Source: an uncultured Planctomycetia bacterium
GTDB taxonomy: Bacteria > Omnitrophota > Gorgyraeia > 2-01-FULL-45-10 > JAHFGN01
Assembly: GCA_964354545.1 (NCBI GenBank)
Contig: CAYHAE010000006.1
Span: 10,975-74,974 of the forward strand
Reading direction: 5' to 3'
DNA: 64,000 nucleotides
The position numbers and the translations under genes were made by a program. The notes beneath the pieces are model-generated. The model saw only the letters and a program-made list of their open reading frames with translations. It did not search any database and was not told the origin of the DNA. Positions 9,482 through 18,642 of the stretch are shown in pieces (the first letter of the stretch is position 1; every line of letters begins with the position of its first letter).

Positions 9482-10536
9482 TCCTTGTCGGGTTCCGGCG
9501 TGTTTGCCGCCTCTCTTCTCATTCGAATCCCCTTCCGTCCCTTTTCCTCTCCGTAGCTGTCCACCAGCATCTTGGCCTCCTGAGGACTCATCTCTCTCGG
9601 CTCCTGGCCCTGGTAAAACTGGAGTCCCTCCCCTTCGCCCGGCTCCTTCTTCTCTTCCCCGGCCTCGCCTTCCTGACCCTCTTCCTTCTTCTCCTGCCCT
9701 TCGCCTTCTCCCTTCCCTTCTTCTTCTTTCTTCTCTTCCTTCGACCCTTCCTTGGCCTGTGCTCCTTGAGACTGTGTCTCGCCTTGCGACTTTTGCTCCT
9801 CTCCCTTAGCACCCTGGGCCTGTTCCTCCTTCTTCTCTTTCTCGCCCTTTCTTTGAGATTTCTGCTGCTCGGCCTGCCCTCCGCCCGATCTCTCTTTTTC
9901 TTCTTTACTCTGACCCCCGCCCTGCCCGCCTTGCTGTTTCTGCTCTTGCCCCTCGCCTCCGCCTTGCTGTTTCTGCTCTTGCCCCTCGCCTCCGCCTTCG
10001 CCGCTTTGCTGTTGCTGCTTTTTTTGCTCCTGCGTCTGTCTTTGCTGCTGCATCTGCTGTGAGAGCATCGAGATCTGCTTCGCAACGAATTCATAATTGA
10101 ATTTCGCGTCCATGTCCCGGGGGTCCGCATCCATCCCCCGTGCGTAGAACTCAAGAGCCTCCTGGTACTTTTTCACCGCGGACGCGGGGTCTCCTCCCTC
10201 CTTCGGCTTCCCGAGCCGATAGGAGCTATTCCCCAGGTTATAGTCGCCCTTTGCGGCGAGCGCCTCTTCCTTCACAAGGGCCTTCTGGTACGATTCGAGG
10301 GACTGCGCAAAATTTCCTTTTCTGTACTGCGCGTTTCCCAGGTTGAAGTTCGCGATGGCGTCATCGGACGATTTCTTGAGCGCCTCCTGATAGCTCGTGA
10401 TCGCCTCGTCGTATTTTTTATTATTATACAGCATATTGCCCTTGAGTATAGCATTTTTAGGTGACGCGGCCGTCGCGGGGACCGCGATGGATACAACGAT
10501 CGCCATCAGCACAAGCTCTCGCGTCCTCATCTCCAT
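9475..10536 (-). CDS. BatC-like TPR protein with a long Gln/Glu/Gly/Lys-rich low-complexity tail
   Basis: TPR region AIANFNLGNAQYRKGNFAQSLESYQKAL; the tail contains perfect 33-bp tandem units at 9928..9993. Confidence 0.6.
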   Translation of the reverse strand: MEMRTRELVLMAIVVSIAVPATAASPKNAILKGNMLYNNKKYDEAITSYQEALKKSSDDAIANFNLGNAQYRKGNFAQSLESYQKALVKEEALAAKGDYNLGNSSYRLGKPKEGGDPASAVKKYQEALEFYARGMDADPRDMDAKFNYEFVAKQISMLSQQMQQQRQTQEQKKQQQQSGEGGGEGQEQKQQGGGEGQEQKQQGGQGGGQSKEEKERSGGGQAEQQKSQRKGEKEKKEEQAQGAKGEEQKSQGETQSQGAQAKEGSKEEKKEEEGKGEGEGQEKKEEGQEGEAGEEKKEPGEGEGLQFYQGQEPREMSPQEAKMLVDSYGEEKGRKGIRMRREAANTPEPDKDW

Positions 10537-11537
10537 CCCTCCCGCCTCCTCTCTCCGATAAGCGGCTCGAGGAAAAGGATGATCGCAGCGATCATAAGAA
10601 ATATCTGGAATCTTTCCGTATATGCCTTGCGCATCTGGCTTTCGAGTTCGCGCTTCTCAAGCTTCGATATCTTCCGGTCATAGAGTACGTCGAGCCCGAA
10701 TTCCGCGCCGGTCGCGTGGATATAGGCGCCCCCGGTCTCAAGCGCGATCTTCTGAAGGGCATCTTCGTTGAGCCGCGTCTTCACTACGGCCCCTTCCCTG
10801 TCTTTCAGGAAACCGCGCCTTCCCGTGTCGCCGAGCTCGGGGATAAGATCGCCCTCCTTCGTTCCCACGCCCACGCAATATATCCTGATACCCTCTTTTT
10901 TGGCTTCAGCCGCGGCCTTCACGGGATCGCCTTCATGGTCTTCTCCGTCAGTGATCACCATGAGCACTTTGAAATCCTTGTCCGCGTCTTTAAAAACTTT
11001 TATCGCCTCTCGTATGGCGGTCGAGATCGCCGTCCCGGGGCGCGGGATAGTCTCGGCAGTGAGATCGTCGAGCGCGAGCAAAAAACCGCCGTAGTCGAGC
11101 GTGAGGGGGGCCTGGAGGAAAGCGCTGCCCGCAAAAGCGATGAGCCCGACCCTGTCCCCTCGTAATTTCCCCACCATGCCTTTGATGGCGAGCTTTGACC
11201 GTTCGAGCCTGTTCGGTTTGACATCCTGCGCGAGCATGCTTTTGGACACGTCCATCGCGATAAGTATGTCGAGGCCTTTCCTCGTGACCTCCTGCCACGC
11301 AAATCCCCACTGCGGCCTCATGAGCGCGAACAGGGAAAGCATTACCGCGAACACGGCAAGGAAGGTCCTGAGGGTCCTCTTCGTCATGCTCACAGAGGAG
11401 GTCATGTTCGCAAGAAGGGCCTTGTCGACAAACTTCTTCGCGAAGTGCCTCCTTCTCCTGAAACTCCATGCGTAGAAGAGGACGAGCGCCAGCAATGAAA
11501 CAGCGAGCATGCTAAAATGGGGGTGTTCGAACCTCAT
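10527..11537 (-). CDS. VWA-domain protein (BatB-like)
   Basis: Two N-terminal TMs then a vWA MIDAS motif, DVSKSM; C-terminal TM. Confidence 0.8.
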   Translation of the reverse strand: MRFEHPHFSMLAVSLLALVLFYAWSFRRRRHFAKKFVDKALLANMTSSVSMTKRTLRTFLAVFAVMLSLFALMRPQWGFAWQEVTRKGLDILIAMDVSKSMLAQDVKPNRLERSKLAIKGMVGKLRGDRVGLIAFAGSAFLQAPLTLDYGGFLLALDDLTAETIPRPGTAISTAIREAIKVFKDADKDFKVLMVITDGEDHEGDPVKAAAEAKKEGIRIYCVGVGTKEGDLIPELGDTGRRGFLKDREGAVVKTRLNEDALQKIALETGGAYIHATGAEFGLDVLYDRKISKLEKRELESQMRKAYTERFQIFLMIAAIILFLEPLIGERRREGWR

Positions 11538-12529
11538 GGTATCTTCACGAGTAAAGTCTGCGACAGAAATATCTCTACGAGGAGTACCGCGAGCGCGGGG
11601 ATAAGGAAGTCCTCGAAGAGTTCCTTCTGTTCCTTGTATCCTGAATGTTCTATCTTCGTTCTCTCAAGCTTGTTTATATCGCCGTAGATCTTCCCAAGCA
11701 TCTCGCTGTCCGTCGCGGCGTAGTACCTGCCGCCGGTGAGAGAGGCGATCTTCTCAAGCGTATCCTCATCTATGTCTATCCGGATCTTCTGGTAGACCGT
11801 GTTCCCGAAGTAGTCCTTCGTCGGATAGGGGACGAGGCCTTTCGTGCCGACTCCGATAGTGTAGACCTTGACCTTCAGCGCCTTGGCGGCCTCCGCCGCG
11901 CTTAAGGGCATTATCTTTCCGGCATTATTGATCCCGTCGGTGAGCAGGATCACTATCTTGCTCTTCGCCTTGCTGTTCTTGATCCTGCTCAATGCGGTGA
12001 CGAGCGCGTCGCCGACGGCGGTCGCGTCCTCGACCATCCCCACCTTGACCCTGTCGAGGTTCTCCTCGAGCCACTTGTGGTCCAGAGTGAGGGGCGAGAC
12101 GGTATAGGGCCTCGCCGCGAATGCAACGAGGCCGAGCCTGTCATTCTTCCTCTGGTCGATGAAGTCCTTCACCGCGTCGCGCACAAGGTCGAACCTGTTC
12201 ACGCGCCGTCCCCCTACCCTGAAATCCTCCCCGAGCATGCTCGTTGAGGTGTCGAGGACGAGGACCATATCGATGCCCTCCGTCGTAGTCTTCGATTCCT
12301 CGATGACAATCTGCGGCCTCGCGATGGCAAGGATGAAGAACGCAAGGGCAACGGAGCGAAGCCATATGAGGCCGTTCGCGAGCCGAATTTTGAGGGTCGG
12401 CTTCACGTCTTCCACGAGTTCCCTGCTCGGGAAGCGGAAGTAGGGACCCCCCGTACGCAGGCGCGAGAAAATGACCACGAGCGGGACGAGCGGGAGCGCG
12501 ACGAGGACCCACGGGTCATGGAAGATCAT
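11534..12529 (-). CDS. VWA-domain protein (BatA-like)
   Basis: MIDAS motif LVLDTSTSM; N- and C-terminal TMs. Confidence 0.8.
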   Translation of the reverse strand: MIFHDPWVLVALPLVPLVVIFSRLRTGGPYFRFPSRELVEDVKPTLKIRLANGLIWLRSVALAFFILAIARPQIVIEESKTTTEGIDMVLVLDTSTSMLGEDFRVGGRRVNRFDLVRDAVKDFIDQRKNDRLGLVAFAARPYTVSPLTLDHKWLEENLDRVKVGMVEDATAVGDALVTALSRIKNSKAKSKIVILLTDGINNAGKIMPLSAAEAAKALKVKVYTIGVGTKGLVPYPTKDYFGNTVYQKIRIDIDEDTLEKIASLTGGRYYAATDSEMLGKIYGDINKLERTKIEHSGYKEQKELFEDFLIPALAVLLVEIFLSQTLLVKIP

Positions 12530-13482
12530 CGTGCCTCTACCTCCTTTGTCTCATCGATGAACCGCTTCGCCGATTCAAAACTCGCGTCAATCTCTTCGCG
12601 GGTCGGCCCATATTTTGCGAACTTCACCATGTCTGCACTCGAGAGGAAGGCCTTGAGCGATGCCTTCTGTGCGTCCGCGAGCTTCCCGGAGTCCCTCGCC
12701 GCGATGAGGAACTCCTCCGTAGTCATCTCCGGCGCCCTGAATAGAAAGCGGTTCTCGAGGTAGTGCCGTATGCAGCGCGACAGCCTGAAGTAGTACTCCT
12801 TCACTTTACCGTCGGCGATGAGCCCGCTCATCTTGATGCGCTCAAGCTCCTCATAGGCGATCACATGCGCCGGTTTCGGCGGAAGGGTCTTTTCTCTCAA
12901 GAAAAATATCTTCCAAAGCCAGAGGGATACCGCCGACGCAAGCCCGAGCGCGGCGATCCAGACCGCGATCCAGAGGAAGGGATTCCGCGGAAGCGCGAGG
13001 ATGCCCTTTATGTCCCTGATATCCTTTGCCGTCGGGTCTTCTGCGAGGAGGCTCTTCACCTGCAGGGGAACGGCGTTCGTTGAAAGGCGGGCCCATTCTG
13101 CGCCGTGCGTGCGATACCTCACCTCCTGGCCCGGGATGGAGCATGGGCCCGTGGTGTAGATGGTGAGCGTATACGATTGTGCGTATTCGGTCCCCGTGGA
13201 TCTCGCAACGGGCCCTGATGCTTCGCTCCCTTTCACCACGAATGGGCCAAGGGCTCCCCGGATCTTCGGAAACTCTATTTCGACTCCGGGTTTCGCGGAT
13301 ACCTTCACCACATACTTTATCCTGTCTCCTATGTACGCCTCGCTTTTATCCGCGGACGCGCGCGCTGTCACGCCGGCGTCCTCCGCGCGGCCAGGAATAG
13401 AATCTGCGGGGGGCGCAGCGTGCGATATCGCGGCAAGCAGCCCGCAGCTCAAGACGAGAGAAACGAGGAGCCTTGCCTTCAC
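12526..13482 (-). CDS. DUF4381-like membrane protein of the Bat operon
   Basis: Signal peptide, central TM FLWIAVWIAALGLASAVSLWLW, helical C-terminus; it sits between the DUF58 and batA genes as in canonical Bat loci. Confidence 0.5.
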   Translation of the reverse strand: MKARLLVSLVLSCGLLAAISHAAPPADSIPGRAEDAGVTARASADKSEAYIGDRIKYVVKVSAKPGVEIEFPKIRGALGPFVVKGSEASGPVARSTGTEYAQSYTLTIYTTGPCSIPGQEVRYRTHGAEWARLSTNAVPLQVKSLLAEDPTAKDIRDIKGILALPRNPFLWIAVWIAALGLASAVSLWLWKIFFLREKTLPPKPAHVIAYEELERIKMSGLIADGKVKEYYFRLSRCIRHYLENRFLFRAPEMTTEEFLIAARDSGKLADAQKASLKAFLSSADMVKFAKYGPTREEIDASFESAKRFIDETKEVEAR

Positions 13483-14360
13483 ATCCGCCTCCTCCTCTCC
13501 CTCATCCTGAAGAACTGTACGATGGCATCGAAATACGGCGTTTCGGTCGAGATGTCGATGTGGTCGACGGCGCTCGAACGAAAGGCCTGGACGCGCTCGG
13601 CCAGCACCTTGCGCGAGCGTTCGGCATATGCCTCCCGGACCTTGGGGTGTGACGTGTCTACCATGAATATCTCTCCCGTCTCCGCGTCCGCAACTTCTAC
13701 GATCCCGATGTTTGGGATATCGCGTTCGCGCGGGTCCGTGATGGTGAGGGCCACCACATCGTGCCTCTTGTTCGCGATCGAGAGGGCCTTCTGATAGTCC
13801 GCGGAGTAGAAGTCGGACAGGATGAATGCAACGACCCTCCGCGTCGTGACCTTGCTGAGGTATTCGAGGACGCCGCTTAAATCCGTCCCTCTCCCTTTCG
13901 GCTTGAAATAGAGCGCTTCCCTGATGACCCGCAGCACGTGGGTCGTCCCCTTCCGAGGCGGTATGAACTTCTCGATCCTGTCAGTGAATATGATGAGTCC
14001 CACCCGGTCGTTGCTCCGGATCGCCGCGAAGGCGAGCACCGCGGAGATCTCTGCGGCGAGCTCGCTCTTGAGCCGCGCGCGCGACCCAAAGCCGCACGAT
14101 GCCGAGGCGTCCAGGAGTATCATCACGGTGAGCTGCCTCTCCTCGATGAACTTCTTCACGTAGGGATGTCCCATCCTCGCCGTCACGTTCCAGTCTATCG
14201 AGCGGATCTCGTCGCCGGGCTGGTATTCGCGCACCTCATCGAATTCCATGCCGCGGCCTTTGAAGACGCTCTCGTACTGTCCTGCGAAAACGTCAGTGAC
14301 CATCCGCGACGTGGTGATCTGGATCCGTCTTATCTTGCGTAATATCTCTTGCGGGATCAT
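13479..14360 (-). CDS. DUF58 protein (MoxR-associated, vWA-like)
   Basis: Conserved DUF58 region YQPGDEIRSIDWNVTAR; immediately downstream of moxR. Confidence 0.8.
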   Translation of the reverse strand: MIPQEILRKIRRIQITTSRMVTDVFAGQYESVFKGRGMEFDEVREYQPGDEIRSIDWNVTARMGHPYVKKFIEERQLTVMILLDASASCGFGSRARLKSELAAEISAVLAFAAIRSNDRVGLIIFTDRIEKFIPPRKGTTHVLRVIREALYFKPKGRGTDLSGVLEYLSKVTTRRVVAFILSDFYSADYQKALSIANKRHDVVALTITDPRERDIPNIGIVEVADAETGEIFMVDTSHPKVREAYAERSRKVLAERVQAFRSSAVDHIDISTETPYFDAIVQFFRMRERRRRM

Positions 14361-14400
14361 GGGCCTCTTGGATAATCGAGTGAGCGTAAAACTCGATCTT

Positions 14401-14510
14401 TAGCGTTTAGCGTATAGCGGGTAGCGAATAGTAAAAAAACACACAGGGAAATAAAAAAATGGTTCTTCCCGAGAGACTATACGCTATCCGCTAACCTACG
14501 CTATACGCTC
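14401..14510. repeat. Imperfect inverted repeat built from AGCGTATAGCG / CGCTATACGCT units, directly 3' of moxR
   Basis: TAGCGTTTAGCGTATAGCGGGTAGCG ... CTATACGCTATCCGCTAACCTACGCTATACGCTC read from sequence. The same 11-mer recurs at 37124..37176 and 42871..42881. Confidence 0.7.
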
Positions 14511-14511
14511 T

Positions 14512-15504
14512 TTACGGAACTTCCACCTCATCGAATATTCGCTTAACGATATCCTCCGAGGTCTTGTCCTCGGCCTCCGCCTCGTAGCTTGCGATCACGC
14601 GGTGGCGCAGGACATCCATCCCGATGGACTTTACGTCATGCGGCGTCACGTATCCCCGGCCCTGGATGAAGGCGTATGCCTTGGATGCCACGACGAGGTA
14701 TATGCTTGCGCGAGGGGAAGCACCGTACTGAATGAGGCCTGCGAGCTCGTCGAGCTTGTAGGCTTTCGGGTTTCTCGTGGCGAAGACCAGATCCACGATG
14801 TAGCGCTCTATCTTCTCATCTATGTATATCTCATCCACGACCCGCCGCGCACGTATGATATCCTCCGGTTTCACTACGGGTGAGACCTCGATCTTCTTGT
14901 CGGTAAGGGCCATCCTCTTCAGTATCTTATACTCTTCTTCCTTGTTCGGATAGTCGATTGTGAGCTTCAACATGAACCGATCGACCTGGGCCTCAGGCAA
15001 TGGATATGTCCCTTCCTGTTCGATCGGATTCTGAGTGGCGAAGACGAGAAAAGGGTCGTCCAGCTTGAAGGTAGCCTCTCCGATAGTCACCTGGCGCTCC
15101 TGCATCGCCTCCAAGAGCGCGCTCTGTACCTTCGCAGGTGCCCTGTTTATCTCATCTGCCAATATGAGGTTGGCGAATATAGGCCCTTTTTTGGTGAAGA
15201 AGGTCCCATCCTTAGGATTATAGACCAGCGTCCCGATGATGTCTGCGGGAAGCAGGTCCGGCGTGAACTGCAGCCGCTGGAACTTCGTGCTGATCGCCTG
15301 CGCGAGGACCCTCACAGACATGGTCTTCGCGAGCCCGGGAACTCCCTCGATGAGGATATGCCCGTTGGCCAACAATCCGACGAGGAGCCTCTCGATCAGA
15401 TATTTCTGTCCCACGATGACCCTCTCGATCTCAGAGATCAAAAGGTGTACGAATACGCTCTCCCTGCTCACCTTTTCATTGATCGCGGTGATTCCTTCTG
15501 CCAT
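14512..15504 (-). CDS. moxR: MoxR-family AAA+ ATPase
   Basis: Walker A GVPGLAKT, Walker B LLADEINRA, sensor regions. 330 aa. Confidence 0.9.
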   Translation of the reverse strand: MAEGITAINEKVSRESVFVHLLISEIERVIVGQKYLIERLLVGLLANGHILIEGVPGLAKTMSVRVLAQAISTKFQRLQFTPDLLPADIIGTLVYNPKDGTFFTKKGPIFANLILADEINRAPAKVQSALLEAMQERQVTIGEATFKLDDPFLVFATQNPIEQEGTYPLPEAQVDRFMLKLTIDYPNKEEEYKILKRMALTDKKIEVSPVVKPEDIIRARRVVDEIYIDEKIERYIVDLVFATRNPKAYKLDELAGLIQYGASPRASIYLVVASKAYAFIQGRGYVTPHDVKSIGMDVLRHRVIASYEAEAEDKTSEDIVKRIFDEVEVP

Positions 15505-15786
15505 ATCTCTTCTCCTTTTTTAAACTGACACTCGTTTCATAGGTCCCTTATCCACGTAAAAGGTCGTGGATGTATTATTTTAAGCAAAATTATGGGGTAT
15601 GTCAACTCCCTCTCGACCCGGATGCCGTAATAAACCCTGTTGACATTCTTAAGTTGAGGCTGTTGAAAAAGGCACTTTTGAACGCGTTTGATTTGCGAAT
15701 ATCTGCGTTATAATAGAGATTAAAGTCGGCACAGTTTTTGACGCTATCTCGACGTCGAGCATCCGACCTCCTGAGGCGTGCTCACT

Positions 15787-16599
15787 TTAGTGATGGTGGT
15801 CGTAGTGCCCATGGCGATGGACGTGGACGCCGTCCTCGTGCCTGTGAGCATGGATGTGAATGAGGTTGTGCTCCTCCAGGAATGACGTATCGCTGAATAG
15901 CACGGACGGCGTGGTTTCTCTCACGACGCGCTTGTCTTCGCTCAAGACGATGACCCTCGTGGCGATCTCGTGTACGATGTGGAGGTCGTGGGTTGCGGTA
16001 ATTATCGTCCTCTCTCTGGCGCCATTCCCCACGATGGAGTCGATGAGGTGGCACGTGGTCGCCGGATCAAGCCCCGCAGTAGGCTCATCCAAAAGCAGGA
16101 TCTCAGGTTCCATTGCCAACACTGAGGCGAGGCACACGCGTTTCTTCTCTCCCGCGCTGAGCCATTGGGGATGCCTCGTCATCGCGTGAGCCATCCCCAT
16201 GAGGATGAGGTACTTGTCCACTCTCGCGCGTATCTCCTTTTCGGCGAGGTCCATCTGTACAAGGCCAAAGGCGACTTCGTCTTCCACACTCGAATTGAAG
16301 AGCTGTATATCGGGATTCTGGAAGAGGACCCCCACGCGGCTCCGAAAATACTTCCGGAACTCCTGGTCGCGAAACCTCTCCTCGGTGAGCCTCGAGCCAC
16401 ACGCAAAGACCTCTCCGTCTTTCGGAAAGATGAGGCCCGCGAGGATGTGGAGGAGCGTCGATTTGCCGGAGCCGTTTGCGCCGAGGATGGCGACCTTCTC
16501 CTGGGACGATACACGCACGTTCACGCCTTTAAGGGCCGCAAAGCGATCAAGGTACGCATATGAGACGTCTTTCAATTCAAAAACGGTATCTGCCATCAC
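15787..16599 (-). CDS. ECF transporter ATPase (CbiO/NikO) with a His-rich C-terminal tail
   Basis: Walker A GANGSGKST, ABC signature LSAGEKKR, Walker B ILLLDEP; tail HIHAHRHEDGVHVHRHGHYDHHH. Confidence 0.85.
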   Translation of the reverse strand: MMADTVFELKDVSYAYLDRFAALKGVNVRVSSQEKVAILGANGSGKSTLLHILAGLIFPKDGEVFACGSRLTEERFRDQEFRKYFRSRVGVLFQNPDIQLFNSSVEDEVAFGLVQMDLAEKEIRARVDKYLILMGMAHAMTRHPQWLSAGEKKRVCLASVLAMEPEILLLDEPTAGLDPATTCHLIDSIVGNGARERTIITATHDLHIVHEIATRVIVLSEDKRVVRETTPSVLFSDTSFLEEHNLIHIHAHRHEDGVHVHRHGHYDHHH

Positions 16600-16600
16600 G

Positions 16601-17308
16601 TCACCGCTTCCTCTCTTCGCGGGCTTTGCACTCGCCCGTATAACCCCTCGCCACCATCGCCTGATACACCTGTTCGCTCATCGTGTGGGATTTTATGTAG
16701 AGAGCGGATATCCTCGATGCGATCCATCGCCGTGATTGCCCGTGAGGAAGGGCCCTCGCGAGCCGGCTTGTGAGGGCCATGTGCATCTCCTCGAGGTTCT
16801 TGACCAGCAAAAATAAATATGTATACATCATATCGAGGGTCTGAAGGAATACGCGGGGTACGCCGAGGACCGAAAGAGACCTGATGATACGGGCCTTTTT
16901 CGTCGTGAGCACGAGGAGCGTCGCGAACGATACCGATGCAGCAACCCTCAGCACAAGAATGAGCGCGCTTGCCGGGCCGTACCATACCGCAGCGGGCAGC
17001 GCGATGATGAGCGCGAAGAGGGGGATGAATATCCAGACACGGGCGATGAAATATCCCACCCGGATCCGGGATGCAGCCGCGAGCACGAGCGACGCGGCAT
17101 AGATGAGGGCGAGGGCCCATGCCTCTCGCACAAAACTTATCCACACAAGCATGCAGACGAGACCGAGTATCTTGATCCTCGGCTCAACTGCCTGCAGCAT
17201 ACCCCGCGCGGATGCGATCTCTTCCGAAAACACCGCGACCGTGAAGAATGATATCGCGCCTTCTATGGTGCGCTTCAGGAACCGGTCGGCGAACGCTGTG
17301 AACCCCAT
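16601..17308 (-). CDS. ECF transporter T component (CbiQ/NikQ)
   Basis: A multi-TM protein. The start is moved from the ORF-track position 17443 to M at 17308, to remove a 127-nt overlap with the upstream gene and an Arg-rich leader that is unlikely to be coding. Confidence 0.7.
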   Translation of the reverse strand: MGFTAFADRFLKRTIEGAISFFTVAVFSEEIASARGMLQAVEPRIKILGLVCMLVWISFVREAWALALIYAASLVLAAASRIRVGYFIARVWIFIPLFALIIALPAAVWYGPASALILVLRVAASVSFATLLVLTTKKARIIRSLSVLGVPRVFLQTLDMMYTYLFLLVKNLEEMHMALTSRLARALPHGQSRRWIASRISALYIKSHTMSEQVYQAMVARGYTGECKAREERKR

Positions 17309-17316
17309 CGTTCTTT

Positions 17317-17655
17317 CTACCCTCTCTTCCTCCTTACAAGAAGCCACCCCGTGATGAGGGTGACGAGAGCAACGACCACGATGCCTCCCAGTGCTGAAGC
17401 CGCATACGCGGCCGCGCGTTCCCCTAATCCTTTTTCCTCCCACCCTTTAAATATATAATCCGGGATTGGCGCCTTCCATAGCCCGTCGAGCTTCGCAAGC
17501 CGCTGGGGGATATAGCCGACGAGTGAGCGTAATTCTTCGATTCCCCACTCACCCCACGCCGCTCCCGCCTTAAGGAGTTCGGGCAGGAGATACCCCAGCG
17601 GGGAAAGGAGCGCAACGATGAATATGCCGATCCATAATTTCCTCGTCAATCTCAT
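17317..17655 (-). CDS. Small two-TM PDGLE-like component (NikL/CbiN analogue)
   Basis: N- and C-terminal TM helices flanking a short periplasmic segment (LDGLW); position between M and Q components. Confidence 0.5.
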   Translation of the reverse strand: MRLTRKLWIGIFIVALLSPLGYLLPELLKAGAAWGEWGIEELRSLVGYIPQRLAKLDGLWKAPIPDYIFKGWEEKGLGERAAAYAASALGGIVVVALVTLITGWLLVRRKRG

Positions 17656-17667
17656 TGGCGAACGCTC

Positions 17668-18336
17668 CTAATGAATGAGTGAAGGGTCGTGTTTCTGGAT
17701 ATAGAGGATCACGAAGTAGGTGATAGCCGCTTCGACGAACCCGAATAAGAAGACGTGCTCAAGCATCATAACGGGAAGGGCGACACGCAGTCCGTATGGG
17801 CAGTAGAGGGGCTTCCCGGCTAAGGTGTGGTGGAGAATGGGCTGGATACCAAACTCGAGCGCGGTAAAGAGCGCCGCCATGTTCAAACCGACGTACGCCC
17901 CGAAAGCCGCCGCGACCGCCCTTCGTTTCGACGAAGCGGGGCTCTTAATGCTCATCAACCGATAGACGAGATAGCCCGAGAAGGGCATGATGAAAGCCAT
18001 AGTGAAGCAGTTCGCGCCGAGGGCGGTGATGCCGCCGTCCCCGAAGAGGAGCGCCTGTACGACGAGCGAGACGGTGATCGCGATGAGCGCGGCCCATGGG
18101 CCGAGGAGTATCGCGACGAGGACCGCCCCCACCGCGTGCCCCGTTGAGCCTCCGGGAATGGGGACATTGAACATCATTATCACAAAACTGAATGCGGCGC
18201 CGAACGCGAGCACCGGTATCTCTGAGGCCTCGAGCGTCCTGTTCGCGACGCGGGAGGCGATCGACCAGAGGGGTATCATGATCGCCCACAACGTACCGTA
18301 CGTCGGAGGCCCTAAATATCCGTCAGGAATATGCAT
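17668..18336 (-). CDS. ECF transporter substrate-capture component CbiM/NikM
   Basis: Invariant N-terminus MHIPDGYL (metal-ligating His2) and 6-TM core. Confidence 0.85.
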   Translation of the reverse strand: MHIPDGYLGPPTYGTLWAIMIPLWSIASRVANRTLEASEIPVLAFGAAFSFVIMMFNVPIPGGSTGHAVGAVLVAILLGPWAALIAITVSLVVQALLFGDGGITALGANCFTMAFIMPFSGYLVYRLMSIKSPASSKRRAVAAAFGAYVGLNMAALFTALEFGIQPILHHTLAGKPLYCPYGLRVALPVMMLEHVFLFGFVEAAITYFVILYIQKHDPSLIH

Positions 18337-18380
18337 GGTCTCTCTATAAACGAGGTTACATAAAGTTACGGAATGTTACT

Positions 18381-18580
18381 TAAGGTGACGTAACGCTCGT
18401 GTCCAAATTGTCATTGCGAGCGTAGCGAAGCAATCTCTTTTTTGGGAGTGCGAAGCCTCCCCGTAAGGGGATTGCTTCGTCGGAATACGTCTTTGCGGCA
18501 TCCTCCTCGCAATGACGGTTTGAAATCAAATCTCAAAACATGCTTGCCGACGATGATCGCGTCCTATTTTGGACACGAGT
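18381..18580. repeat. Nested inverted-repeat (MITE/REP-like) element. Outer arms: GGTGACGTAACGCTCGTGTCCAAA / TTTGGACACGAGTGGTGACGTAACC. Inner arms: GTCATTGCGAG/CTCGCAATGAC and GCGAAGCAATC/GATTGCTTCG.
   Basis: Read directly from the sequence. A second copy of the core lies at 26239..26343. Confidence 0.65.
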
Positions 18581-18642
18581 GGTGACGTAACCTTCCTTAA
18601 TCTTCCTTAACCTCATGGAACCTCCGTCATATAAGCACTGAT

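Noticed and set aside
9588-10154. 188-aa Arg/Lys/Ser-rich minus-strand ORF
   Set aside because: Alternative frame through the BatC GC-rich tandem-repeat region; a composition artefact.
16601-17443. Long form of the CbiQ/NikQ ORF (start 17443)
   Set aside because: A 127-nt overlap with the upstream PDGLE-like gene and an Arg-rich leader that is unlikely to be coding; start moved to 17308.
18337-18642. Cobalamin riboswitch upstream of cbiM
   Set aside because: No B12-box or riboswitch core is present. The locus is NikR-regulated (nickel), and the structured region is instead a palindromic repeat element that also occurs in the ATPase operon.
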